Source of the DNA: a virus
IMG/VR virus record: IMGVR_UViG_3300049489_000477
Location: 52,507 to 116,506 of that record
Direction: 5' to 3' (one strand)
DNA length: 64,000 nucleotides
The first letter of the stretch is position 1; each line of letters begins with the position of its first letter. The notes beneath the pieces are model-generated. The model did not search any database and had not been told where the DNA came from. It was given only the letters and a program-made list of their open reading frames with translations. Shown in pieces: positions 30,397-41,211 of the stretch. A program made the translations under genes and the position numbers.

Positions 30397-32195
30397 TACT
30401 CCGAAACGACAAGAAAAAACCCATCACTGTTGTGTATCAGGGTAAGCGGATATTGGTTCATCCTAATCAGACTATCGATGGTCCGATTCAATTAACTATT
30501 TTTGGATTAACAGTAGTAACATCACCAACTCAACAACAATCCATTCATTCATTTTTAAAACCAGCCGAAGAAGTTTTATCAAATACCAACACAGCTACCA
30601 TCGACAGAGCTATTGAATATATAAAAAATTATACAACATTACCTTCGGTTGGTATTTGTATACTTTCAAAAGATTCTTTTAATCTCATATCGGAATGTAT
30701 TGATAGTATTTGTAAACATGTGGAATATCCAAAAACTAAAATTTATATTTTCGACACGGGAACAACTGATCACCAAACATTAAACTATTATAGTCATATT
30801 TCCAAAACATGTAAATTCCCAATTACTATCATGTCCGTGGGTGAATACCATTTTTCAAAGAATTACAATAAAGGACTAAAACAAGTTGATACGGATTTCT
30901 TCTTCATTCAAAATAACGACACCGTGGCTTTGAATGATTATGTAACGAAATTAATGAAGGTTGCTATTTTAGATAAAGTTGGAGCATGTGGTCCGCGTAT
31001 GTTATATAAGGACGGATCTATACAACATGATGGACAGTTGCTTTATAATCACCAACAAAAGGGATTCGGAAGTCCAACACATGTGAACTTGAGAAGAAAC
31101 CCAAATGAAGTTGGTAGTGGTTTGCTACCAGCAGATGGAATCACATGCGCGGGTATGTTGATAAAATCAAATACATATTGGGAAGCTGGTGGATTGAATG
31201 AATCATATCATGATATTTTCCAAGATGTAGAGTTGAATGTAAAAATACGAATGAATGGAAAAGCAATATTCTGTGATAGACAAGCTCTCATACATCACTA
31301 CGACAATACATCAAGAAATGCATTCTGGGCTAAGAATGTTGAAAAATTAAAATTGAAACATGCTGATTATGCAAACTTGTTTGGTAAATTCAATAACCAG
31401 TTACGATACACCGAAAGAAAGACATATAAATTCAGTATTGTAACCATCGTTAATAATATTGATCAATATTTGGATTTACTGAATGATTTGAAACAACAAG
31501 AATACAATTATGAAATCGAAATAATTGCAATACCAAATTTTGATGGAATATTTACATCAGCCGCTGAAGCATTAAATATCGGTATTCGTGTTTCGGAAAG
31601 TGATTACACTATTCTTTGTCATCAAGATTTACGTTTACCAAAAAACTGGCTTGAAACATTACATGAAAGAATTAAAGAAATAAAAATTGAACATTCTGAT
31701 TTTGGTGTTATTGGTATAGCTGGTTCGTGGGTGAATAGATATAGTGATGATGGGATTAGTTACTTGACTAATAGTGATACACCATTGAAATCAGTTCATA
31801 CAAAATATATTGAAGTACAGTGTTTAGATGAGTTGTGTTTGGTTGTAAACACGAAAAATAATATTTTGTTTGATGCAAATAACTTTACTGGATTTCATGG
31901 TTATGGATCAGACTTATGTTTATCATATCTTGAAACAGGATTAAAAAACTTTGCTGTCAATGCTCCGTGTACACATTTAAGTGATGGGTTTAAAAATTTA
32001 TTGACTAATGAAGGTTTACAATCGTATCTACAAGCAACTTTTACATTATTTAAAAAGTGGAGAGGTCGCTTCATTTCATTCAGAAATACAACAGCAGCAT
32101 TCAAATCTCAAGAAAATTCAATCTATTTCTTTATTGCTGATGAACTAAACAAGCGAGGAATACCGTTGAAAGATAAATTTATACTATCCGACTAA
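30393..32195 (+). CDS. Two-domain GT2 glycosyltransferase
   Basis: First GT-A domain: FSKNYN, QNNDT, G.IQH.G, GG..E, QDVEL. Second GT-A domain: CHQD, LDELC, FHGYGSD.C. Confidence 0.88.
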   Translation: MILRNDKKKPITVVYQGKRILVHPNQTIDGPIQLTIFGLTVVTSPTQQQSIHSFLKPAEEVLSNTNTATIDRAIEYIKNYTTLPSVGICILSKDSFNLISECIDSICKHVEYPKTKIYIFDTGTTDHQTLNYYSHISKTCKFPITIMSVGEYHFSKNYNKGLKQVDTDFFFIQNNDTVALNDYVTKLMKVAILDKVGACGPRMLYKDGSIQHDGQLLYNHQQKGFGSPTHVNLRRNPNEVGSGLLPADGITCAGMLIKSNTYWEAGGLNESYHDIFQDVELNVKIRMNGKAIFCDRQALIHHYDNTSRNAFWAKNVEKLKLKHADYANLFGKFNNQLRYTERKTYKFSIVTIVNNIDQYLDLLNDLKQQEYNYEIEIIAIPNFDGIFTSAAEALNIGIRVSESDYTILCHQDLRLPKNWLETLHERIKEIKIEHSDFGVIGIAGSWVNRYSDDGISYLTNSDTPLKSVHTKYIEVQCLDELCLVVNTKNNILFDANNFTGFHGYGSDLCLSYLETGLKNFAVNAPCTHLSDGFKNLLTNEGLQSYLQATFTLFKKWRGRFISFRNTTAAFKSQENSIYFFIADELNKRGIPLKDKFILSD

Positions 32196-32331
32196 AAAAT
32201 AATATTGAAAAAATATTATAGTGATGTTATACTGTACTTGTCGCAGCGATATATTATAAAAGTTACTCAGCCAAAAAAGATAGTTTGGTTGACATAAGAA
32301 ATCTATTTTCTTATATTTTTTTTTAATAAAT

Positions 32332-32478
32332 AAGTTACTTTCGAAGCTTCTTATAAAAGTTACTTCTTAAAATCTGCTTCTGAAGTTTCTTCGAAAGTTG
32401 CTTGTTAAATCTGCTTGTAAAGTTACTTGTTTAAGAATGGTTAATATATAGTTACTTGTTAAGTTAATTAAGCTACTA
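32332..32478. repeat. Array of degenerate AAGTTRCTT repeats (iteron-like)
   Basis: About 11 copies, mostly spaced 12-14 bp, in a ~340-bp AT-rich intergenic region. Confidence 0.75.
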
Positions 32479-32481
32479 GCG

Positions 32482-32515
32482 AAAAAAGCCACGACTAAAA
32501 AATCGTGGCTTTTTT
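32482..32515. terminator. Bidirectional intrinsic terminator
   Basis: A6-GCCACGA-loop-TCGTGGC-T6 between two convergent genes. Confidence 0.85.
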
Positions 32516-32537
32516 ATTTCAAAATGTATAAAGCTTT

Positions 32538-33584
32538 TTACTTATATACATCCAAGTAAAGCTGATAGTTTTTCGGATCCTCAAGCCAACGCTTATTGAG
32601 TTCCGTTTGACCGGCTTCAAGACTCTGGAATCGAGTGACCGGATCTTCCATAGCTTTAATAGCTTGATACCAATCATCGATATTATTTCTAACAGTCGTT
32701 GCGTTTGGTACCAAATCATATGGTCCTTGTTTGTTACCAATTGCGCTACAAATTGTCGGCAATCCTATAGCACTCATTTCGAGCAGCTTAAGATCAGACT
32801 TCGCATAATTGAATTCTGAATCACCGATAGGAGCTATGGCAATATCAGCATCGACTTCATCCATAGCCGATGGGAATTCATAGAAATCCTTCCAGTTATG
32901 GAATTCAACCAAATCAACCAGACCAGGCGGCTTGGTTCCGAAGAATACCCATTCAAATTCTGTCGCCGTCTTCTTTATTAAAGGAACCAGGAACTCAAGA
33001 TCACCGCCTGGTCCAACATGGGATGATGAACCAGCCCAGAAGATACGCAGCTTTCCCTTTTTACCCTTATTGTACTTATCACGCTTACCAAGATTACCCC
33101 ACATGAACTTAGGTAAGAAGTTTGGTACGACTGTTGAGTTTTTTACATTATAGTTAGCACTATAATAATCTTTGAGATAATTCGTTGAGAATGTCACAAT
33201 ATCAGCGATATTAAACATTTCAATCAGGTTATTTCTGCGTGTTTTTGTATAGAACTGGTAAGCGAGGATGTTGTGATCACCAATACCATGGACCAAATCA
33301 TCTAACTCATATACGATTTTAGCTTTTGATCCCATTTGTTGGATCATTCTCTTATATTCCTTGACGATTTTTAATTGTGCTACTGTCACTTGTCTTTGGA
33401 ATCGTACATAGTCCGCTCTGGCAAGATAGTTCAAGTCAAACAAAAACGCGAACATTGCTGGGCAATCATATGCAAATTTTGATGCTAGAAAGTTAAACGG
33501 AACGAATGTTCTATGAAATCCACAGCCGTTTTTATCGGACGGGAAGAGAATAACTGTCTTCATTTTCTTTTCGGGTTGATCCAT
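32538..33584 (-). CDS. GT-B fold glycosyltransferase
   Basis: GCGFHR, FQR, YELDD, WAGSSSH and DIAIAP...FNYAKSDLKLLE motifs. Confidence 0.85.
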   Translation of the reverse strand: MDQPEKKMKTVILFPSDKNGCGFHRTFVPFNFLASKFAYDCPAMFAFLFDLNYLARADYVRFQRQVTVAQLKIVKEYKRMIQQMGSKAKIVYELDDLVHGIGDHNILAYQFYTKTRRNNLIEMFNIADIVTFSTNYLKDYYSANYNVKNSTVVPNFLPKFMWGNLGKRDKYNKGKKGKLRIFWAGSSSHVGPGGDLEFLVPLIKKTATEFEWVFFGTKPPGLVDLVEFHNWKDFYEFPSAMDEVDADIAIAPIGDSEFNYAKSDLKLLEMSAIGLPTICSAIGNKQGPYDLVPNATTVRNNIDDWYQAIKAMEDPVTRFQSLEAGQTELNKRWLEDPKNYQLYLDVYK

Positions 33585-33665
33585 TGGGTAATCCTTTAGG
33601 GTTATTATATCAAAAATAAACAAATTTGTAATATTTAATGGTATAATTTTAATAAGGAGCTATAT

Positions 33666-34109
33666 ATGGCGCACAAGATTTTAAAAAGAAGGAAAGTTGC
33701 TGATCCATCAAGATATTACATCGACCACGACGAATATACAGGCGAAGTTGTAAAATTCATCAAGACGCAAGTAGCCTCCGAGCGCCTGGGTGAGATATGG
33801 AAGATGCATGTCGATAAGTGTGCAAGTGCCGCATGTTTTAAGAGCTATACATATCTTGACGAAATGAAAGGTTGTGCATTGCTGTTTCTTGTTAAATATT
33901 CGAAGTCATTCAATCCAAAGAAGATTTTAGACTCAGGAAAAGCACCAAACGCTTTTAAATATTGCACTTCGATAATTCACAACGCATTTATCCAGGTTAT
34001 TAATAAAGAGAAAAAGCATTCGAAGCTAAAAGACAAGATTATCAAATTACACCAACGAATTGTATATAATCTAAATAATTTTACAACTCCTTCAACTATT
34101 GACGATTAG
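33666..34109 (+). CDS. Late sigma factor gp55
   Basis: YYID, F.SYTY.DEM, FNP.K and NAF.Y.T.I..NAF...I.KEKK motifs. Confidence 0.9.
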   Translation: MAHKILKRRKVADPSRYYIDHDEYTGEVVKFIKTQVASERLGEIWKMHVDKCASAACFKSYTYLDEMKGCALLFLVKYSKSFNPKKILDSGKAPNAFKYCTSIIHNAFIQVINKEKKHSKLKDKIIKLHQRIVYNLNNFTTPSTIDD

Positions 34110-34131
34110 GAATTTATCATATAATACCCAT

Positions 34132-35208
34132 ATGGGTCATAGGATACTTTTAGTTTCTGATGTACATTTCGGCGTCAAGAGCAACAGTGAGTCATTCTTA
34201 AAGGTAACAGAAAATCTTTTTCTCAATACCATTAAGAAAATAATAATTGACGAGAATATCACTGATATCCGCATTCTTGGCGACTTGTTCGATAATAGAA
34301 ATACTGTAAATGTCAGAACATTTAACAGCGTTATGAAAGTCTTTCGTTGGTACCAAACGAACATGCCTGCGGTGAAGTGGAAGGTACTACTTGGCAACCA
34401 CGATATATACTACCACAATCGTTTAGATATTAATTCCATTGAAATGTTGCGTGAGTTGCCTAATGTTCAAATTATAGAAGATGTCGTTGAAGAGACGATT
34501 AATAATAAATCAATCATCACATTCCCGTGGCTCATAAAAGATTCGTCGCAGTATATAAAATTTAAAGAGGTATCTAAAGGATCTAAAAAGTACGACTTAT
34601 GTTTAGGTCACTTTGAGATAAATGGATTTGAAGTGATGCATGGCATCGTCCATGATGGTGGAAATGATAACGGAGAATTCAAAAACTTCGGCAGAGTGTT
34701 CACTGGACATTTTCATATCCGCGCCACGAAGAATCATATTTCATACCTTGGATCCCCATATCAAATAACCTGGGGTGATTACGGTGACGAAAAGGGTATT
34801 CATATCTATGATATTGATGAAAAAACAGTCAAGTTTATTCCAAATATCGATTCGCCTGTTTATATTCGTATAAACATGAAAGATTTGATAGATAAAAATA
34901 TAGAAAAGTTAAAGCGCGTAAAAGACAACTATGTAAAGCTCGTTATTGACGAGAAATATTCTGATGCGTTCATTGTCAAAGCGATTGCAAAAATTGAAAG
35001 CTTTATGCCAGTGAAATTAGAAGTAGAAAATAATTTCATCGAGCCATTTGATGGTGAAAATGTCGCTGATGTTGATTTCACAAAAATGAACGATCCGATG
35101 GTCTTTTTAGATGAGTACATACGAAATCTTGAAAACTTCGATCAGAACATTGATAAGAACGAATTTTCAGAGTATGTAAGAAATGTATACGGAGCAATAA
35201 ACAAATGA
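34132..35208 (+). CDS. Recombination nuclease gp47 (Mre11/SbcD-like)
   Basis: SDVHFG, GDLFDNR, GNHD, GHFE and GHFH motifs. Confidence 0.93.
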   Translation: MGHRILLVSDVHFGVKSNSESFLKVTENLFLNTIKKIIIDENITDIRILGDLFDNRNTVNVRTFNSVMKVFRWYQTNMPAVKWKVLLGNHDIYYHNRLDINSIEMLRELPNVQIIEDVVEETINNKSIITFPWLIKDSSQYIKFKEVSKGSKKYDLCLGHFEINGFEVMHGIVHDGGNDNGEFKNFGRVFTGHFHIRATKNHISYLGSPYQITWGDYGDEKGIHIYDIDEKTVKFIPNIDSPVYIRINMKDLIDKNIEKLKRVKDNYVKLVIDEKYSDAFIVKAIAKIESFMPVKLEVENNFIEPFDGENVADVDFTKMNDPMVFLDEYIRNLENFDQNIDKNEFSEYVRNVYGAINK

Positions 35209-37004
35209 AACTACTCTTTGAGAAGGTTGAAATACGAAACTTTTTAAGTTTTGGAAATATACCGACCGTATTTGATTATGAGTCTGGAATAAACATCGTA
35301 ACGGGTCGCAACCTGGATAATAGTACGAGAAATGGTGTTGGTAAGTCAAGTTTAATAGCCGACTCCATATCATTCGCTATATATGGTAAACCGCTTCGTG
35401 GTGAACATATTAATAAAGATGAACTCGTCAACGAACTCAATAAGAAAAATTGCGAAGTTTCCGTCTATTTTAAAATCGGAAACGATGCATATAAAGTCAC
35501 CAGACAAATAAAGCCTACCGCTTTTACAGTAGTATTGAATGATGAAGAAATTAAATTCGATTGTATAAAAAATACAGAAAAATGGCTGGAAGATAAGATA
35601 GGTATAAGTCACACATGTTTTTCAAATATATTAGTATTGAACATGAATGACACGACTCCATTTTTAACAATGGATGCTGCCAATAAGAGAAGAGTCATTG
35701 AAGATGTTATGAACATGAATGTCTATGGAAAAATTGCCGATGTTGCGAAGGACAATCATTTAGTTGCTAAGAATGATTTACGAACATATGAAAATGATGT
35801 GAAGCTCTCGAAAGAGACGCTTGAATTAGCAACAACCAATAAATTAAACTATGATGCCGAGCGTGAAAAGTTTGAGGCTACGAAAAAGGAAAAGGTAGCT
35901 TTATTTTTGAATCAAGTTGAACAGATGGAAAAGGAAAAAGAAGGATTGTTGTCGAATATAGATACGGTTAATTATGATAAGGAAATTCAGAACACGACAT
36001 CCAAAAAGGACAAGGCATTAGAGCTTGTACAAAAATATAAGATTAAATTAGCCGAGAACAAGCTTGAGTTACAAAACGCTAAAGAAACACTTAATAAATT
36101 AGAAGATAAACCACACTGTCCGACATGTAAGATACCAACGGACAATCCCATCATTAAAAAGTATGTGATAGAAACACAGAAAATTTTCAAAAATACAACG
36201 GAAGAGATTTCCAGCTTAAATGAAAAAATAAAGAATGGCGAAAATGTCATTAGTATTTTGGCTGGAAAAATCAAATCATTTGAACAATTGAAAGAGAAGA
36301 AAAAGCAAGTACAAAGTAAGATAGAAATACTTGATGCGAATATAAAATCTAAAAAAGAAGCAGTTGATGAAGAGAGATTGCGGGTGTTTACTGTTTCAAA
36401 CATCATTTCTGATGCTGATTTAAAGAAATTTCAGAAAAAGCATGATGATGCCATCCTGGCGTTCAATACCGCTTCAAAGTCATATAACTTTAATGGAATG
36501 TTGCGAAAGATTCTTGGCGAAGAGGGCGTCCGTAAGTTCGTCATATCCAAGATACTTCCATTCTTCAACACGAAGATAAACCATTATTTGAAAATAATGG
36601 GATCCGATTTAACATTAAAGTTCAATTCCAATTTAGAAGAGCAGATACTTACGCGCATCCGTGAAGAAAGAACATACGGTTCGTTCTCCGCTGGTGAAAA
36701 GAAGAGAATTGATATTGCCATATTGATGGCGCTTATGGACTTAGCAAAGCTTCAAAACAGCGTCGATACAAATCTTCTTGTTTTAGATGAGGTATTAGAT
36801 ACCGCTATGGATAACGAAGGTGTTGAAAGCTTTTTAAATTATCTCAAAGATGGATTTAAAACACTGTATCCAGATAAAGCCGTTTATATAATAACTCACA
36901 GAAACACGATTAGTGATGACTTTTACGATAGAATGGTGTGCTTACAAAAGAAAGACGGATTTACATCAATCGATAGTATTGTTAATATGAGAGCCAAATC
37001 CTGA
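35205..37004 (+). CDS. Recombination ATPase gp46 (Rad50/SbcC-like)
   Basis: NFLSFGN, NGVGKS, CPTC hook, FSAGEKKRID, LDE and ITH motifs. Confidence 0.94.
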   Translation: MKLLFEKVEIRNFLSFGNIPTVFDYESGINIVTGRNLDNSTRNGVGKSSLIADSISFAIYGKPLRGEHINKDELVNELNKKNCEVSVYFKIGNDAYKVTRQIKPTAFTVVLNDEEIKFDCIKNTEKWLEDKIGISHTCFSNILVLNMNDTTPFLTMDAANKRRVIEDVMNMNVYGKIADVAKDNHLVAKNDLRTYENDVKLSKETLELATTNKLNYDAEREKFEATKKEKVALFLNQVEQMEKEKEGLLSNIDTVNYDKEIQNTTSKKDKALELVQKYKIKLAENKLELQNAKETLNKLEDKPHCPTCKIPTDNPIIKKYVIETQKIFKNTTEEISSLNEKIKNGENVISILAGKIKSFEQLKEKKKQVQSKIEILDANIKSKKEAVDEERLRVFTVSNIISDADLKKFQKKHDDAILAFNTASKSYNFNGMLRKILGEEGVRKFVISKILPFFNTKINHYLKIMGSDLTLKFNSNLEEQILTRIREERTYGSFSAGEKKRIDIAILMALMDLAKLQNSVDTNLLVLDEVLDTAMDNEGVESFLNYLKDGFKTLYPDKAVYIITHRNTISDDFYDRMVCLQKKDGFTSIDSIVNMRAKS

Positions 37005-37047
37005 CTTGACTCTAAACCGATGTAAATAGAATACTAACGAGGTTTGT

Positions 37048-39861
37048 ATGTTGTCATATGTTTATCCAGATTATTACAAAAGCCAAATTGTATTTTGGGA
37101 ATATGAAAACGGTATTAAGCGTAAGTATGAAGAAGACATGCCGTTATATTTTTTTACCGAAGATGAAAAGGGTGATTATAAAACTATTCAAGGAAAAGCA
37201 GCTAAAAAACATGAGTTCACTTCATGGAACTCCTTTAAAGATAAACGCGAGAAATACAGAGAATATGGCATAAAACTCTACGAATCTGACATAAGTTTAC
37301 AGACGAAGTTTATTTGTAATCAATACCTTGGGGTGGATTTAAAGAAGCCTAAAGAATTCAATATATTTTTCATCGACATTGAAGTGCATCTTGAGCATGG
37401 ATTTCCTCGACCAGAGGATGCCGAAGGAAAGATAACACTCATAACCATTTTCTCAACAAGAGATAAAAAATTCTATGTCTTTTGTGAAAAGGACTTCGAC
37501 GCCACATTCATAAAAACAGAGCTTGGTTTCGATTACCAAAAGCGCGTTCATTCGACAGAAGAAGAATTATTACGCGACTTTATTCGATTCGTTCGTCATG
37601 AGCATCCCGATGTCATGAGTGGTTGGAATAGCCAATATTATGATCTTCCATACATCGTCAATCGCGGCAGAAAGATTTTAAATCAAGACGAAATAAATGA
37701 AATATCACCCGTTAACCACATACGAGAAGAGGAAATACGCGACAAAAAGACGGGTTTGATGTATAAGCAGTATTTCATATCAGGCATAAACTGTTTGGAT
37801 CTGATGGAAGTTTATAAAAATTACACAGCATCCATAAAGCCATCGTATGCATTAAATGCTATCGCATTAGAAGAAATTGGCGAAGGTAAGATGGAATATG
37901 CTGGATCGCTTGTCGAGTTATACAACAACGATTGGCAAACATATTGTAAGTACAACCTCCAAGACGTAAATCTACTCCGTAAGCTTGACGATAAACTCGG
38001 CTATATGAATTTGTTAATCACATTCTGCTACGGATGTAAGGTTCCGTTCGAACATTATTCAAAAACAACGAGAGTTCTTGACGGCGCGTTCATATCAAAG
38101 CTTGTTGAAGAAAAGATCGTGCTGCCCGATGTGAATCGTGCATTAATTGATGAAATGAAGCGTCTGAAAGATTTAGCCGAGGCTGGTACGATTGACGATG
38201 ATGATTTAAATAAAATAAACAACATAAAATATGTTGGCGGCTATGTTGCAGATCCAGAAAAGGGCGCTCACGAATGGATTTGCTCATTTGATGCAACTTC
38301 ACTGTACCCGTCTATCATGATTGGTTTTAATATCAGCCCAGAAACGAAACTCGGGACGATAAACGAATCACATGGTGTTGACATGGTGTATGAGTATATC
38401 CACGGTGATACAAAAAACGCTCAATCTAAGGTGCCGTTTACCATAGCAAATAAGCAAGGAACGACAACCGTACAGAAGCTTTCTGAATTAATTAAAAAGA
38501 ACAATTACTGTTTGGCGGCTAACGGAACATTCTATAGGCAAGATTTCGTTGGTGTTATTCCAAAATTCGTTAATGAATGGTTCCAGAAGAGAAAAGACTT
38601 TAAAAAGAAGATGTTGGATTGTAAATCATTAGGTGATAAAGACGGCGAGCAATACTACAATCTTCTTCAATGGAATTTTAAGATTCTGATCAACTCCGTT
38701 TATGGATATCTCGGAACACGATACTCACGATTCTACGATGTTGATAATGCCCGCGCCGTTACGCTGACAGGTCAATATGGTCTGAAAAGGACCATGACAA
38801 GACTCAATAACTTCTTTCTTAAAGAATGGGAAACACATCCTCTTGGTGTGAGACTACATGCCAAAAACTTCAAAGATATCGTTGTTTATGGTGATACCGA
38901 TAGTACATATGTCTCGGTAGGTCGTTTATTAAAGAGTATAGCATTCAAACCACAACAAACCGTGTCCGAAGAAAATAAAGAAAAATACAAGAAAGAATTC
39001 CACGCCGATACGATTGAGATAGATGATAAGAACATTACCTACACGGTTAAGGATAAAAAGATAACCCATAGTATTGAAAATGAAAATACTATCGATTTCA
39101 TCACAACAGAGATAGAGCCATTTATACAGAAGCTTATCGAAGATACCATGGTGGAATTCACACAGAAATCTGCCAACTGCTTGACCAACAAAATTTCGTT
39201 CAAGAGAGAATCTATCTGTCGTTCTGCTATATTCGTAGAAAAGAAGAAATACGCCATATGGCTTCTCAACGATGAAGGAAACGTGGTTGCCGATAAACTT
39301 AAGGTTACTGGTCTTGATATCGTCAGGTCAAGCACACCAACCGTTGCTAAAAAGTTATTGAAAGAAATCATTTACGATATGCTTCGTAGAATGAATCACG
39401 ACCACACAACAACACAGATACGCGAAGCAAGAAGTAAGTTCTTAACTGCAAAACCAGAAGATATCGCTTTTAACTCACCGGTTAATGGGCTTGATAAGTA
39501 TAAAGAAAAATACACATCAAATAACGATACATTCAAAAGCACACCAATAGCCGTCAGATCGGCTATTATTTACAACACACTTCTCGCCACAAGACCAGAT
39601 TTACAAGATACATATAACTTCATCTATAATGGTGATAAGATAAAGTATCTGTATATGAAAACTGGCGCGGAATGGGAATACGATGTATTCGCCATCAAAG
39701 GAAGATGGATAACAGAATTGAATAACGAAAAACTGATCGACAGAGAAATGCAATTCCAAGTCGCTGTTTTGAACCTCATGAAAAAGATGTTTGATCTTAT
39801 GGATTGGGAATTACCACGATTCGATCATCACGATTTCAAGTCGATATTCAAGAAAAGTTAA
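37048..39861 (+). CDS. Family B DNA polymerase gp43
   Basis: DIEV exonuclease motif, GWNS..YD, YN..DV, FDATSLYPSI, KILINSVYG, YGDTDS and KKKYA motifs. Confidence 0.96.
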   Translation: MLSYVYPDYYKSQIVFWEYENGIKRKYEEDMPLYFFTEDEKGDYKTIQGKAAKKHEFTSWNSFKDKREKYREYGIKLYESDISLQTKFICNQYLGVDLKKPKEFNIFFIDIEVHLEHGFPRPEDAEGKITLITIFSTRDKKFYVFCEKDFDATFIKTELGFDYQKRVHSTEEELLRDFIRFVRHEHPDVMSGWNSQYYDLPYIVNRGRKILNQDEINEISPVNHIREEEIRDKKTGLMYKQYFISGINCLDLMEVYKNYTASIKPSYALNAIALEEIGEGKMEYAGSLVELYNNDWQTYCKYNLQDVNLLRKLDDKLGYMNLLITFCYGCKVPFEHYSKTTRVLDGAFISKLVEEKIVLPDVNRALIDEMKRLKDLAEAGTIDDDDLNKINNIKYVGGYVADPEKGAHEWICSFDATSLYPSIMIGFNISPETKLGTINESHGVDMVYEYIHGDTKNAQSKVPFTIANKQGTTTVQKLSELIKKNNYCLAANGTFYRQDFVGVIPKFVNEWFQKRKDFKKKMLDCKSLGDKDGEQYYNLLQWNFKILINSVYGYLGTRYSRFYDVDNARAVTLTGQYGLKRTMTRLNNFFLKEWETHPLGVRLHAKNFKDIVVYGDTDSTYVSVGRLLKSIAFKPQQTVSEENKEKYKKEFHADTIEIDDKNITYTVKDKKITHSIENENTIDFITTEIEPFIQKLIEDTMVEFTQKSANCLTNKISFKRESICRSAIFVEKKKYAIWLLNDEGNVVADKLKVTGLDIVRSSTPTVAKKLLKEIIYDMLRRMNHDHTTTQIREARSKFLTAKPEDIAFNSPVNGLDKYKEKYTSNNDTFKSTPIAVRSAIIYNTLLATRPDLQDTYNFIYNGDKIKYLYMKTGAEWEYDVFAIKGRWITELNNEKLIDREMQFQVAVLNLMKKMFDLMDWELPRFDHHDFKSIFKKS

Positions 39862-41132
39862 CGGGTAAGCCAATCCCCGACTTTTCCGAGCATTCCCTTT
39901 TTCTTTGCAGCACCCTCGATCTTAGACTTCACAGACTTCAATGGAATATCATATTCTTGACCAGTTTCCTTGAAATCTGATTTTCCATTTTTTCCGTTCG
40001 ATGTTTTCTGCATAAGCTCGACTTTGACCATACCCTTTGAAGTATCGACATTTTTTACTAATCCAATAAGCTCCATTTCGGTAGCGCCTGGTATCTTCTT
40101 CAATGTGGTGTAGCTGTTTATCTTACTATCAACGAATTCCTTTTTGGCTTTGAATGCTTCGTCGTTAGGATCTATACCATATTGCTTAGGTGATTTTTGT
40201 ACTGCCAAAAACTTGGCTTTTGCTGCGTCAGCCGACTTCTTTGGTAATGCTGGTGGCGCTGCGGGTGTTGTAGCCGCTGGTGTAGCTGGTGTCGCCGCAG
40301 GCGCTGGTGGTGTAGCTGCTGGTGTTGGTGTGGCTGGCGCTGCTGATGCGGGCGGCGTGGTAGCTTCTTCAAATAAGTAAATAATGGCTTCTTTCATAAG
40401 CCAAATCATTTCTTCATTGATAGTTATGTAATTTTTATCATTCAACGCATGCCATGCGTTTTTAACAGCATTCTTTTGCTTTTCATTGGCTGGATCGATC
40501 TTTGTAGGATCTGCTTTGATATACGCATCGAAAAATTCTTGGTCAGTCTTAAATGTTTTCGCACTCTTCTTTGCGAAATCAGTCAATGAAGTAACTGCTT
40601 CTTGGCTCAATCCAGATACATTTTTTGAGGCTTCAACATTGTTTTGTAATTCCTTCTCTTCTTCTGGCGAAAGAGTAGGACTTGGTGTTGTTGGTGATGT
40701 AGGTGCTTGTGGGTTTGGGCTGTTTACCATCTTTAAAATTTCAGCAGCTATTTTACTCTTGGTGTCAACATCGAGATTCTTCAATTGTTCCATTGCTCCA
40801 TTTTGCTTCAACATCTTAAGAAAATCGCCTATTTCCTTTTCACCAGGCTTTCCGCTTCCTTTTTGCTGGGCTTGTTGCGACTGTGGCGATTGTTGTGACT
40901 GATTATTATCACCAAAAGAAACCTTTTTAGTCATGTCATCGTAATCCAGTTGTCCGTATGTGGCGGTACGAATCTGACGCAAGGTTTGTTCAAGTCTTGA
41001 AAGCTCTGGTCGCAAATCAATTTTTACCACATCATTTGGAATTATCGATGTGTCTGCCGACGAATCAATTTCAAAGGCTTCAAAAAAAGTTTGAATTATT
41101 AGCTTTTGGATGTCATCATGTGCGTCTGTCAT
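39858..41132 (-). CDS. Late-expressed hypothetical protein with Ala/Pro/Thr-rich linkers
   Basis: TATAAATA at 41151-41158 and GGAG RBS; antisense to the replication genes. Confidence 0.7.
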   Translation of the reverse strand: MTDAHDDIQKLIIQTFFEAFEIDSSADTSIIPNDVVKIDLRPELSRLEQTLRQIRTATYGQLDYDDMTKKVSFGDNNQSQQSPQSQQAQQKGSGKPGEKEIGDFLKMLKQNGAMEQLKNLDVDTKSKIAAEILKMVNSPNPQAPTSPTTPSPTLSPEEEKELQNNVEASKNVSGLSQEAVTSLTDFAKKSAKTFKTDQEFFDAYIKADPTKIDPANEKQKNAVKNAWHALNDKNYITINEEMIWLMKEAIIYLFEEATTPPASAAPATPTPAATPPAPAATPATPAATTPAAPPALPKKSADAAKAKFLAVQKSPKQYGIDPNDEAFKAKKEFVDSKINSYTTLKKIPGATEMELIGLVKNVDTSKGMVKVELMQKTSNGKNGKSDFKETGQEYDIPLKSVKSKIEGAAKKKGMLGKVGDWLTR

Positions 41133-41211
41133 AGCTCACTCCATAATTCTTATTTATAATTAAATTAAAAAATATTTATCCATATTGTATAATACGGAAG
41201 GAGAAAACAAA

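Noticed and set aside
32332-32478. CRISPR mini-array
   Set aside because: The repeats are degenerate 9-mers with gaps of only a few bp, no unique 30-40 bp spacers and no cas genes.
37048-39861. Intein or intron in the polymerase (also checked terminase, helicase and UvsX)
   Set aside because: Insertions are short, with no C/S...HN splice motifs, LAGLIDADG motifs or frame breaks.
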